The position numbers and the translations under genes were made by a program. Shown in pieces: positions 50,556 through 60,525 of a DNA stretch of 64,000 nt. Within the stretch, counting starts at the first letter, position 1; each line of letters opens with the position of its first letter. The notes under the pieces are model-generated. The model was not told the DNA's origin. It worked only from the letters and a program-made list of their open reading frames with translations, and made no database searches. The stretch lies in contig OZ220744.1 in NCBI GenBank assembly GCA_965116925.1, positions 96,001 to 160,000 of the forward strand, in the 5' to 3' direction. The stretch comes from Candidatus Poribacteria bacterium (lineage in GTDB: Bacteria > Poribacteria > WGA-4E > PCPOR2b).

Positions 50556-51653
50556 TTAATCAATCTCCCGAAAATCAGGCACCTCAACGGGCGTTCCGCC
50601 ATTCGCAATAGACTCCTCAGAAACTAATCCCGGCACTGTCAAATCCATAGCATCATAGACATCAATTGGCGGTTTGGTGTCATTGATGATGCTATCGACA
50701 AAACCCCTCATCTCAAAATATTCCTCAGTCACATCTCCAGCCTTCACCGCCTCCTCCGGCGGATTTTTCCAACTCTCCGGCAGAAACTCCTCCTCAAAAT
50801 TTGCGAGAGGCTCCCACTGACCCTGTTGATGGTAATCTGCCAACCAAACTTTTTCGACATCCCCCAATCCCCGTGTACCTTCGTAACAACCCTTTGTCCC
50901 CTGCAAACTCAAGTATGAATTTGCGGGACGGTTAGAGAGCATATCGATCCGGATCTTAATCAGCGCACCGCTTTCGGTCTTACACAACATCATCACTGTA
51001 TCTTCCATAGCGTGCTCCGGGTCCGTATGCACACCAGTACCAAGACAACACACCGAAACGACCCGTTCATCAAACCAATCCATCACCGGACCGAGGCTAT
51101 GTGTCGCATAGTTACACCGGTTTATGCCGACCTGCCAATAGTACCGCCAAGTCGGATTGCCACTGCTATCGTGATGCAGCACTTTGATGTCATGAAGATA
51201 TTCGCCCTCACCAAAATAGATGTCTCCGAACAAACCTTGACGCACCATGTTTCCGATCAGCATACTCGACCGCGTATAGCACTTATTCTCCGCCATCATA
51301 TACTTTGTTTTGCTTTTTCGGACTGCTCTGACCAACTCGTAGCACTGTTCGATAGAGGTCGCCGCCGTCACCTCACTGACCACATGCTTCCCCGCCTCCA
51401 ACGCCGAAATAGACTGCGGCACATGCAAATTTTCAGGCGTTCCCAGCACGACGATATCAATATCATCCGCGAGCATCTCTTCATAGTCCGTGAACCGTTT
51501 CGGAACACCAAATTGCTCCCCGACCTCATGGAGGGTATCTTCGTTCAGATCACAAACTGCGGTCACCTCTGTTTCTGTAATGGTTGTGAAGGGACGGATG
51601 TGCCCGGCTCCTCTACGTGCGCCAACAATGCCAACTTTTAATCGATCCTTCAT
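50556..51653 (-). CDS. Gfo/Idh/MocA oxidoreductase
   Basis: KVGIVG, SEV variant motif, YATHSLGP; start MKDRL at 51653. Confidence 0.9.
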   Translation of the reverse strand: MKDRLKVGIVGARRGAGHIRPFTTITETEVTAVCDLNEDTLHEVGEQFGVPKRFTDYEEMLADDIDIVVLGTPENLHVPQSISALEAGKHVVSEVTAATSIEQCYELVRAVRKSKTKYMMAENKCYTRSSMLIGNMVRQGLFGDIYFGEGEYLHDIKVLHHDSSGNPTWRYYWQVGINRCNYATHSLGPVMDWFDERVVSVCCLGTGVHTDPEHAMEDTVMMLCKTESGALIKIRIDMLSNRPANSYLSLQGTKGCYEGTRGLGDVEKVWLADYHQQGQWEPLANFEEEFLPESWKNPPEEAVKAGDVTEEYFEMRGFVDSIINDTKPPIDVYDAMDLTVPGLVSEESIANGGTPVEVPDFREID

Positions 51654-51770
51654 CTGCGGCTCCCTTTTTGTTTTGAGAGTATTTGTGACCAAGTGCTTTG
51701 GTACATCACACAGAGATTTTACTCCATTTCCAGCAATTGTGCAATCGTATAGTTTTGGAGCCGGGCTGTT

Positions 51771-51871
51771 TATAGTGAATTCTAAAAATAAATAGACACT
51801 TTCGCCCCCGGTAGGTGCGGTTTGCAACCGTACCGGTTTGGAGTGCCTCATTAATTCTAAGATCCACTATA
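51771..51871. mobile_element. MITE family B, copy 3
   Basis: TATAGTGAATTCTA...GATCCACTATA enclosing GTAGGTGCGGTTTGCAACCGTACC. Confidence 0.8.
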
Positions 51872-51961
51872 GTTCTCTAATTGGATCTGCCTCCTAATTT
51901 GACATCAGGAGGCAGATATCTTCGGTCCCGCGAAACGAGACCTTACAAGTTTGAGCAAGCA

Positions 51962-52849
51962 TCACTGTGTTCTTGCTAGCTTAATCACCGTCGGTCGAGA
52001 GAGGTCATCCATCGCATCTAAAGCCCATGCTGCATACAAACGAACCCCAGTCACTTTACAATGCGACACCTCTGTCAAGACGCGGATAGCCATATCGTGT
52101 TTGGAGTTGTCAACTTGAGCCAACGCATAAGCGGCATTGGCACGTACCCACAGCGACTCATCGTTTAATGCGTTGATCAACGCAGCAACAGCCGTTTGTG
52201 TCGGTACGCCAATCTGACCTAACGCCTTCGCTGCAGTACCACGGAGGGTCACCTGTTGGTGATTGAGTACGTGTGCCAACCCAGGAATAGCTGCTTCGGC
52301 TGGTGCACCAATCTGCCCCAGCATCGCAGCCGCCCAAATACGAACGTTGATATGCTGGTCGCTCAACGCTTGAATTAAGGCGAACACAACTGCTTGAGAC
52401 GCTTGGTCAATCCTGCCCAACGCCGAAGCAGCATTTTGACGAACTTCCCATCGCTCATCGTTCAATGCGTGTACCAATGCAGGGATCGTATCAGGTTCAC
52501 CAATCCGACCCAGAGCGTAAGCTGCAGTAGAACGAACGACAACATCTCTGCTCTTTAGTAATCGTATCAATTCAGGTACAGTAGGAGTACCTATCCGCAC
52601 TAAAGCGGCGGCAGCCGCAGCCCGGATCTCGCCACGCTCATCCTTCAATGACTGGACCAACACTGTGACAGAGCCCGGATTGCCAATCTGTCCTAACGCA
52701 TAAGCAGCTTTACGACGGACCTCAACTATCTCTTCTTTGTCTTGCAGTTGCTCAATAAAAGAACCTATCTCCTGTCCTTCAGCTGAGACTCCAATAGCTA
52801 TCGCACTGATAATTCCGAAAAAAATCAAACTAATTCTATAGCATCTCAC
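51962..52849 (-). CDS. Exported HEAT-repeat protein
   Basis: Signal peptide and ~7 VR..AA.ALG.IG repeats. Confidence 0.88.
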   Translation of the reverse strand: MRCYRISLIFFGIISAIAIGVSAEGQEIGSFIEQLQDKEEIVEVRRKAAYALGQIGNPGSVTVLVQSLKDERGEIRAAAAAALVRIGTPTVPELIRLLKSRDVVVRSTAAYALGRIGEPDTIPALVHALNDERWEVRQNAASALGRIDQASQAVVFALIQALSDQHINVRIWAAAMLGQIGAPAEAAIPGLAHVLNHQQVTLRGTAAKALGQIGVPTQTAVAALINALNDESLWVRANAAYALAQVDNSKHDMAIRVLTEVSHCKVTGVRLYAAWALDAMDDLSRPTVIKLARTQ

Positions 52850-53081
52850 GGTTCATCCTCCTGTTCCGGTTGACATTAAAATCATTTGGTGATTTACCGT
52901 CAAAAAATAAAAATCTAATGGTTCATACATTTCAACCTCATCTTCCTTTCTCACAATTCACCCTCTTACGAAAGAGTGTCCCTGTTTCTAAAAAAACAGG
53001 GAGAGTTAGAGGGATTAAATGCCTCATTGAATTACCAATCCCTACATAACTCCCTGTGTCTGTTTTTCTTCAAAATATCTT

Positions 53082-53233
53082 CGCTTATGTTAAGATTTGT
53101 GCAAAGAAACCGAGTTTTTTCGGCAAAACTCGGTTTCTCTTCATATTCCGCTTGTTCCGCGTAGCGGAATCCCGATGGATCGGAACGAGGATCCTCAATG
53201 AATCGTGGTTTGCACTTTCTTTTTACATCAGCC
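53082..53233. mobile_element. MITE family A, copy 3
   Basis: Perfect 8-bp direct repeat AATATCTT at 53074-53081 and 53234-53241. Confidence 0.85.
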
Positions 53234-53541
53234 AATATCTTTATCTTCGGAAGATTTGTATGTCGAAATGTTCACAATAGAGAAAACATTATTTTCCTTG
53301 TTGTGAATTATACCACACAAACATGAAGTATTCAAGTTAAAATTACGAATTTGTGAGAAAACAAATCTTCCCACTAAGATCGATGGTTGTGATACAATAT
53401 CAAGTGTGCGGTATTGTTAAGATGGTGGGAAGTGTGGCGGTTGGGCGGAGGGAAGAGTGGACTATCCTTCCCTCATTCCGTGCAGTTTTGCTTGGAGAGA
53501 CTTTCGCCCAATGTGTGTATTCTAGGAGGCTATAAAACCTT

Positions 53542-53679
53542 GGCTCATAAAAAAAGAAAGCGCAAAATACCGAAAGAAACCGTAGGCGGGGCATCTGGTT
53601 TCCCCGCCCGCCGTAAGGGTTGGGTGACCCAACCCCTACAAAAACTCGGTTTCTGTTGCACGCTTTCTTAACATGAGTC
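53542..53679. mobile_element. MITE family A, copy 4 (inverted) with REP doublet
   Basis: GGCTCATAA...TTAACATGAGTC; no clear target duplication. Confidence 0.72.
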
Positions 53680-53682
53680 ACC

Positions 53683-54747
53683 TCATTTGTAGACAGTTGT
53701 TTCAGGATGGTAGCGTGCCCAAGCAAACCAGTAAATATTCATCGCCGGCAACCGCTCTAGTCTGTGTCCTTTGAGTTTACCGTCGGTTGCTACCCCTGTT
53801 ATGAGGTTCCACGTTGTCCCCGTTGGAGTGTCTTTAACAAAGTAACCTTGCGCCGGCTTAAATTTCAATGTTTGTCCAGCCACAGTGCGGAGAAAAACAG
53901 CGGTCGCATTCGACGCCAAATCATGAAAGGCTAACACTGGCATATTATCCACTTCATCGTTGATGATTGATTGCTTCTTAAAAGCTGTGAAGGGATAAGC
54001 GCGATAGCTTTCATTGATACGAACGCCAACAACTAGCTCCTTGTTCATCAAGCGTTTATCGGTATACTGTGTGCCGCTGATACCTGTGTCGGGACTCGCA
54101 TGATACCTAGCGTAATTATCGGCTCTTATTTCTTGGATTTGCCTATCGGGACGACGAAAATCGCTTGCCACAGAGAGCACTTTTGTCAATGGCTGGTTGC
54201 GTTTCCAATCTTTCCATCTGATTCGCGGTGTACCAGCTAACATGTTCAACCGTTTTCCCTTGAGTTCACCTTGCACCGCTTCACCGGTGATGTGCGACCA
54301 AAGGGTCCGGGTTTGATGGTCATACATAAGCAGCGCATCGCGTAACAGTTTGCCGGACACACCAAACGTGTAGGTTTCTCCGTCAAGTTCGCGACTATAC
54401 ACGATAGCCGTCTTGCAGAGCGGTCACCATGTCGTCGCAATCTTGACGCCCCCGACCTCATCATTGACAATTTCATGTCCGTTAAGCAGATGGATTGAGT
54501 AGGCGTGACTTTCGCCGTTGAAACTGACACCAATCACCGGCGAGTCATCTGCGAGTTTCGCTTTATTGGCAGAGACAAATTCGGGATTTAGGATTGCAGG
54601 AATCGCATCGTACGGTAGAACTGTGAGGATGCGATCATCCGAATAATCTTTTGCTGATGCTATCGCATTAACCTCCCCCGAATATTGGGCACAGCCGAAC
54701 AGTATAAAAGCTGCTATTGTCAATAGAAGGATTAAATTCTTTTTCAT
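53683..54747 (-). CDS. DUF3179-family selenoprotein (lipoprotein), 354 aa with UGA read as Sec
   Basis: Two ORF-track pieces are in frame across TGA 54424-54426: ATTW-U-PLCKTAIVY; DAIPAI, HEIVND, FGVSGKL, TLWSHITG, YWFAW motifs. Confidence 0.9.
54384..54415 (-). promoter_or_regulatory. Candidate bacterial SECIS hairpin
   Basis: CAAG-A-CGGCTAT-CGTGT-ATAGTCG-CGAA-CTTG beginning 9 nt after the UGA. Confidence 0.65.
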
Positions 54748-54917
54748 TTTTTTTCCCTTTTAAATTTGACTATAGGTACACTTTCTGAGAACTTCCTCAG
54801 AAGATATTGGAAAGAATTTCAAATTATTACGTTCAGAAAAGTATACCACACCGTTAGGGAGTATTCGTAATTTAACTCACAGATTGTTCAAATTTTAAGT
54901 CTTGGAGGTATAGTATT

Positions 54918-55778
54918 ATGATATACGGTTCAGGTAGCCACACCTATGAGGTCCAAGAAGGTTGGGGACAACTCCCCGAAGGTTGGAAATTTGGTTGGAT
55001 CCCCGCAGTTGCGGTGGATTCACAGGATAGGATTTATGTTTATAGCCGAAGCGAACGCCCAATGGTTGTATTCGATCGCGAAGGTAACTTCGTGGCTTCG
55101 TGGGGAGAGGACATCCTCAAGGACTCACACGGTATTTTCATTGATGCCGAAGATAACATCTATTGTGTCGAGCGAGAGGTGCATGTCATGCACAAATTCA
55201 CCGCTGACGGAGAGCTCCTCATGACGTTGGGGACCCCCGATCAACCCGGTGCAGAGAGTGAACCTTTCAATTTACCGACAGACCTCGCCCTCGGTCCCGA
55301 CGGTGAGATGTTCATTAGCGATGGGTACGGAAACGCACGGATCCACAAATACTCCCCAGATGGTGAGTACATTAAGTCTTGGGGATCACCGGGGACGGGC
55401 CCCGGTGAATTCGATCTCCCACATTGCGTTCGAGTAGACCGTCACAACCGGGTAATGGTTGCAGACCGGAGCAACAACCGCATCCAGCTTTTCACGCTTG
55501 ATGGCGAATATATTGAGGAGTGGGGCGGATTCCTAGAGCCAGATACCATCTTTATTGATGACGATGACATTGTTTACATTGCAGAGTTACAGCAGCGCGT
55601 CACGATTCTGACGCTTGACGGTGAAATCATCACCCAATGGGGTAGCGAACGCGGTAGCACTGTTCCCGGCGAATTCTTCGCCTGTCCACACGGTATCTGG
55701 TTGGATTCGCACGGCGATATCTATGTCAGCGAAGTGCAGGCGGATCATCGCTTGCAAAAATTTGTCCGACAAAAGTAA
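54918..55778 (+). CDS. NHL-repeat protein (peptidyl-alpha-hydroxyglycine lyase-like)
   Basis: SDGYGNARIHKY, PGEFDLPH, VADRSNNRIQ. Confidence 0.9.
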   Translation: MIYGSGSHTYEVQEGWGQLPEGWKFGWIPAVAVDSQDRIYVYSRSERPMVVFDREGNFVASWGEDILKDSHGIFIDAEDNIYCVEREVHVMHKFTADGELLMTLGTPDQPGAESEPFNLPTDLALGPDGEMFISDGYGNARIHKYSPDGEYIKSWGSPGTGPGEFDLPHCVRVDRHNRVMVADRSNNRIQLFTLDGEYIEEWGGFLEPDTIFIDDDDIVYIAELQQRVTILTLDGEIITQWGSERGSTVPGEFFACPHGIWLDSHGDIYVSEVQADHRLQKFVRQK

Positions 55779-55790
55779 CTTCACTTTGTT

Positions 55791-55881
55791 CGCTCATGTA
55801 AAGGATTAGTGCAAAGAAACCGAGTTTTTTCGGCAAGACTCAGTTTCTCTTCGTGCTTTGCACTTTCTTTTCATATGAGCT
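55791..55881. mobile_element. MITE family A, copy 5
   Basis: CGCTCATGT...ATATGAGCT; flanks ACTTTGTT/GCTTTGTT (7/8). Confidence 0.82.
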
Positions 55882-55912
55882 GCTTTGTTTTGTTGTGGAG
55901 GGTTTATACAAA

Positions 55913-56725
55913 ATGTCGGATATGGAAGGCACCCAGCGTTGTGTGCTCATCACTGGGGGTGCCAGCGGCTTCGGCTTGGCTATCGCCGAAGCACTGCTCG
56001 CCCAGCAGGCACGCGTAGCAATCGGCGACATAGATTCCGAGCAGTTACAAGAAGCCGCCCGAAGCTTGGATCGGGGAGATGACCTCTTGCCCGTGGAACT
56101 CGACGTGACCTCATCCGTTTCAGTAAAGTCAGCGGTGGCGGCTTGTCAGGAAACCTTTGGGGGATTGGATACGCTGATCAATTCGGCGGGTGTCATCCAC
56201 TTTGCACCATTGGCAGAAATCTGTGAGGCGGATTGGGACCATGTGATAGACGTAGATCTGAAAGGTCCGTTCTTGTGCAGCCAAGCAGCTGCACCATTAT
56301 TGTGCGAAAGTGGAAGACGTGGGCGTATCGTCAACATCGGTTCCGATGCTGCAAAAATTGGGTGTCCAATGATTCTTTCGTACTGTGCGGCCAAGTTCGG
56401 CGTCGTCGGATTGACCAAGGCACTCGCTGCCGAGTTAGCACCTTACGAAGTAACCGTCAACTGTGTCTGTCCGGTAGGGGTTTCGACGACCGGTATGGGA
56501 CAAACAGTTCTCGACTGGAAAATTGGCACGACAGGTCAAAAAACCGATGAGATCCTTTCAGAAACCGCGGCAGGCATTCCGCTCAAGCGCAATGCCACCG
56601 TGGCGGATGTGGTCAATGCGGTCATGTTCTTTCTGTCCGATGCGTCAGCCTTTTTAACAGGTGTTGCACTGGATGTTGATGGAGGATTGCTCAGTACCAT
56701 GCCTATACCGGGCGCTGAAGAATAA
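55913..56725 (+). CDS. SDR-family oxidoreductase
   Basis: TGGASGFG, NSAG, YCAAK, DVDGG. Confidence 0.93.
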   Translation: MSDMEGTQRCVLITGGASGFGLAIAEALLAQQARVAIGDIDSEQLQEAARSLDRGDDLLPVELDVTSSVSVKSAVAACQETFGGLDTLINSAGVIHFAPLAEICEADWDHVIDVDLKGPFLCSQAAAPLLCESGRRGRIVNIGSDAAKIGCPMILSYCAAKFGVVGLTKALAAELAPYEVTVNCVCPVGVSTTGMGQTVLDWKIGTTGQKTDEILSETAAGIPLKRNATVADVVNAVMFFLSDASAFLTGVALDVDGGLLSTMPIPGAEE

Positions 56726-56747
56726 CGCTCTCAAAGGAGAAGTGCCG

Positions 56748-57080
56748 ATGCAGCGTGTTGCTTTTGTCATGCGTGTGAAGGAGGGGCAGCAAGAGGAATA
56801 TATCCGACGACACCAGCAAGTTTGGCAAGAGGTGCTAGCAGATTTACAGCGGGCAGGCGTTCACAGAATGAGTATCTTCATGTTCGGTCTGCAACTCTTT
56901 CTTTACATGGAAGTCGAGGATTACGCTGCAGCCGCTCGTATTCTGGCGGAGAGCGATGATTCCGTACGCTGGGAAGAATACATGGCACCGATCATGGAAA
57001 ATGCTACCGGCGAAGACTACGATCCTGATAACGCTTATCCCGAAGGTTTGCCTGAGGTCTTTTACTGGCAAGCCGATTGA
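56748..57080 (+). CDS. L-rhamnose mutarotase family protein
   Basis: EEYIRRH..VW, SIF, W...M; AAGGAG RBS. Confidence 0.88.
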   Translation: MQRVAFVMRVKEGQQEEYIRRHQQVWQEVLADLQRAGVHRMSIFMFGLQLFLYMEVEDYAAAARILAESDDSVRWEEYMAPIMENATGEDYDPDNAYPEGLPEVFYWQAD

Positions 57081-57194
57081 ACGGTGGTTGATCGACAAGC
57101 TAGTCGCTAGGAAAACATTTATGGCTTGACCGACCGTACAATGTATACTATCCTACCTAAAGGGTTCATCTGTCAATTGAGGAGGGATGAAAAA

Positions 57195-57695
57195 GTGAAA
57201 TTGGTAAAGATTATTCTACTTCTATGCTGGGGTTGTGTTGCTTGGCTAGGATGTGGAAAGACATATCAATCCATTTCCGCCGATAGCTTAGGGACACAAC
57301 TGAGTGGGTACGAAGGGCAGCGCATATCAATACTTGGGGTTCCCGACGCTCCTCACCACGGTGATTTCTTGCCACCGATGCCCTACAACAAAGGACAATG
57401 GAGAATTGTTATCAACGGCGTTAGCTGCACGGAGACCGTCAATTTCGAGAATCAACCTCGCATCCGATCGATGTTGCAAATGGCAGCGTTCGCGCGGAAG
57501 CAAAATCGTCCAATTACAGTCTCAGGGGTCGTCAAGGAGGGGCAATTAGATATAGAGCATTTTGAGGGAATTCGCACCGATACAGCATGGCATAAAAATA
57601 AAAATCCGTACTACTCTTATGCTGCCTATTACGAGTGGTCTCCGTTTGCCTATATCCCAAATGCTCGGGTCCCCAAAATTTCAAGGATGCAGTAG
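57195..57695 (+). CDS. Hypothetical lipoprotein
   Basis: GTG start, WLGC lipobox. Confidence 0.6.
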   Translation: MKLVKIILLLCWGCVAWLGCGKTYQSISADSLGTQLSGYEGQRISILGVPDAPHHGDFLPPMPYNKGQWRIVINGVSCTETVNFENQPRIRSMLQMAAFARKQNRPITVSGVVKEGQLDIEHFEGIRTDTAWHKNKNPYYSYAAYYEWSPFAYIPNARVPKISRMQ

Positions 57696-57857
57696 CACCA
57701 TCCGCGGATAATTCAGAAGACTTAGGGCTTATGAGGAATGTGTATTATTTTGAAGTTAGCGAGTCGTGGCGCAGATTGCCTAATCTGCGATTATGCGTAA
57801 TTTCCAAAACTATATCTTATCTGGACCGAAAGATAGGCCGCATATTCAACCGCATCG

Positions 57858-59246
57858 TCATACCAACTTTTTGAATACAAAAGCTCCCAACTCATAGCTT
57901 ATCACGCTATCATCGTTGCCAAACTCAAAAACGGCAATCTCTCCGGCTGCGCGCCCACCGCGAACAAGCCATTCCTCCTCCTTATCAGTCGGTTCAAGGG
58001 CTGCCGGGGCATGTAGGGAATATGCAGCACCACCGTGAGCCACAAGCTGCAAGCTGCCATCCCGCATCTCGATGTTCACATCAATCCCCGGTTCAGCACG
58101 ATAATAACCGATGAACCGTCGCAGTGCCTCCGGCGTCGGCGCAAGCGTCGGCTGCGCTGGTACAGGCTGTACCGCTTCGTCCGCATTCAGCACCATCTCA
58201 AGTACCTCCTGCGCCATCTCAAGGCCGCCGTGCGGGGGCCACATGTTGATAAGAACAACCACCCCTGTTTTACTTGGGACATTAAACCACACCTGCGTTC
58301 CAAAACCGTGAATCCCACCACCGTGATTGTGATAGATATGGTCCCCAATGCGGGGCGCTCGCCAGCCTAGACATTGCCCCGACGACCAGTCCGGCTCGAC
58401 ATATTGCGGCTGTTGAATCTCTGCGAGTGTTTGCCCCTTGATCACCTGCGTGCCACAGCGATCCCCGCCATCGGTTTGGAATTGGAACGACACCCATTTT
58501 GCCAAGTCACTGACGGTAGAATGCAGTTGACCCGCCGATGAAATACCGTTCAGGTGGGCGTAGGGGGCATGTTCAGGACGGTCTTGGTACGGCGTCGGGT
58601 TATAGCCCACGAAGAAGTGAGGACGCAATTCGTCCGTGAGGTCGAAGACTGTGGAGGTTAGACCGAGTGGCTCAATAATATTGGTGTGGACGTATTCGGT
58701 GTATGGCGTACCGGTGACCCGGTACACCACCTCACCGAGTAATCCAAATGCAAGGTTAGAGTATTTGAAGGCGGAGTCCTGCGGGATGACAATCCCTGTC
58801 TCCGGCAGTTTGGCGAGCATCTCCTCACGGCTTGGGAAATCAAGATCATTCCAACCGTGCGTTGGTGACTCGGTGACCAATCCGGATCTGTGCGTCAGCA
58901 ACCGGCGGAGCGTCACGCCTTCGACATCATCGCGGATGGCGCGAGCCGAAGCGAATTCGGGAATGTGTCGCGACAATGGATCTTCCAGCGTGAGTCTACC
59001 TTCATCCCGCAACTGCATAACCGCAGTTGTCGTGAACGTTTTGGTCACTGAAGCGATGCGAGCAATCGTATTTTCAGTAGGCTTTTTGCTCGAATCAAGA
59101 TCCGCTGCGCCGAACCCACCGAACCAAGCAAGTTCTTGATCACGGATAATGCCGAGTGCCATACCGGGAAGTCTATACTTCGCAACTTTTGTTTCTGCCA
59201 AGTGCTCGATGTCCGGTATCAAATTTTGGAGAACACAATCTGCCAT
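57858..59246 (-). CDS. Serine hydrolase, beta-lactamase/AmpC-like family
   Basis: SVTK, LLTHRSG, YSN, HGGG. Confidence 0.92.
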   Translation of the reverse strand: MADCVLQNLIPDIEHLAETKVAKYRLPGMALGIIRDQELAWFGGFGAADLDSSKKPTENTIARIASVTKTFTTTAVMQLRDEGRLTLEDPLSRHIPEFASARAIRDDVEGVTLRRLLTHRSGLVTESPTHGWNDLDFPSREEMLAKLPETGIVIPQDSAFKYSNLAFGLLGEVVYRVTGTPYTEYVHTNIIEPLGLTSTVFDLTDELRPHFFVGYNPTPYQDRPEHAPYAHLNGISSAGQLHSTVSDLAKWVSFQFQTDGGDRCGTQVIKGQTLAEIQQPQYVEPDWSSGQCLGWRAPRIGDHIYHNHGGGIHGFGTQVWFNVPSKTGVVVLINMWPPHGGLEMAQEVLEMVLNADEAVQPVPAQPTLAPTPEALRRFIGYYRAEPGIDVNIEMRDGSLQLVAHGGAAYSLHAPAALEPTDKEEEWLVRGGRAAGEIAVFEFGNDDSVISYELGAFVFKKLV

Positions 59247-59257
59247 TTGTAATCTTC

Positions 59258-60496
59258 CTATTCCGTTGATCGAGGTTTCGGTCCCGCCAAAACCCTTTCC
59301 GGGCTTGCACCGACAATGTTCTGATAAACCTCCGGATCGGTCGCGCCCTCGGTCGCGATGATGACAACCCGACTGTTATAATTGAGTCCGAGCTGCTGGC
59401 TCAGATTTTCGTCATAGATGGAGGCCATAAATCCTGCCCATCCTGCAATCCCCGTTTCACCGATAACGACCGGATAATCGCCTCTGATACCTCCCGCTGC
59501 TAGCCGTATCGCATCAATCGCCGCTTCATCAGGGATAGTCAGAAAAGCGAAAGCACCGCCCTTGAGAATATCCCACGCTTGGGAGGAAGCTTCTTCAACG
59601 ACCAACCCGTCCATAACCGATCGACCATCACCACTGACGGTTGTCGCCCTGTTTTCGACCATGCTTTGGTACAGGCAAGCGGATGTGGTTGGCTCAACGA
59701 CAACTACCCTCGGATGGTTGTTTCCATATCGTTCCCACAAATGTCCACAGGTCGCACCGGCAAATCGACCCCCACCGCCGGGGACAAAGACGTGGGTAGG
59801 TGGCTGGGTGCCCCTGAACTGTTGAACGATTTCGTCCGCGACCATTGCGTAGCCTTGCATAATCGCACCAGCAATGTGGGGATACCTAGCAGATTTGTCA
59901 TCCGAAACGACAAAATAGCCTAATCTCTCGGCGTCCATAACAGAACGTTGCACCGCTCGGTCATAGTTTCCCGGGACCCGCACCACCTCCGCGCCGTAGC
60001 CGGCAATCGCTTCCTCCCTACCCGCGCTGACGCCATCGTTCATGTAAATGACACACCGACAACCGAACATACGGGCACCCCACGCCAACGCTCGTCCGTG
60101 GTTGCCCGATGTTGCCGCCGACACGACAATCTCTTGTGTCACTGATTCATACTTGCGATCTATCAAGTCCTGCGTTGTAACCGTTTCCACACCGGTGGTT
60201 TTTTTTATCTCACCTTTCAACACAGATAGCATCGCGTAGACGGGCCCCGTCGGTTTGAAACTCCCCACCTCAAATCGATATCCTTCGTGTTTGCACCACA
60301 GAGTCCTAACACCGCTTGTCAAAGCAAGACCGTTTAGTGCGATTAAAGGCGTTGGTTCATAACCGGGCAACTTTGTAACCTCTGCTTTCACATCGGCAAA
60401 TGCCTCCTGATTCAGTAATGCCTTCTGTGCCGGACCGTACTCCGGGGGAGGGTGGGCTTCTGGATTGATAAAAAGATTGGTTTCGTAAATATTCAT
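59258..60496 (-). CDS. Diaminopropionate ammonia-lyase family PLP enzyme
   Basis: GY.PTPL, GSFK, ATSGNHGRA, IMQGY, TEGATDP. Confidence 0.88.
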   Translation of the reverse strand: MNIYETNLFINPEAHPPPEYGPAQKALLNQEAFADVKAEVTKLPGYEPTPLIALNGLALTSGVRTLWCKHEGYRFEVGSFKPTGPVYAMLSVLKGEIKKTTGVETVTTQDLIDRKYESVTQEIVVSAATSGNHGRALAWGARMFGCRCVIYMNDGVSAGREEAIAGYGAEVVRVPGNYDRAVQRSVMDAERLGYFVVSDDKSARYPHIAGAIMQGYAMVADEIVQQFRGTQPPTHVFVPGGGGRFAGATCGHLWERYGNNHPRVVVVEPTTSACLYQSMVENRATTVSGDGRSVMDGLVVEEASSQAWDILKGGAFAFLTIPDEAAIDAIRLAAGGIRGDYPVVIGETGIAGWAGFMASIYDENLSQQLGLNYNSRVVIIATEGATDPEVYQNIVGASPERVLAGPKPRSTE

Positions 60497-60525
60497 ACTT
60501 TTTCGCTTTGATTGGTTAAGTGTTG

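Noticed and set aside
51654..51851. N-terminal extension of the Gfo ORF; also ORFs 698-916, 875-1144, 15423-15653, 53032-53280, 53400-53726, 55809-56018
   Set aside because: They read through MITE sequence; their shared peptide motifs reflect the repeats
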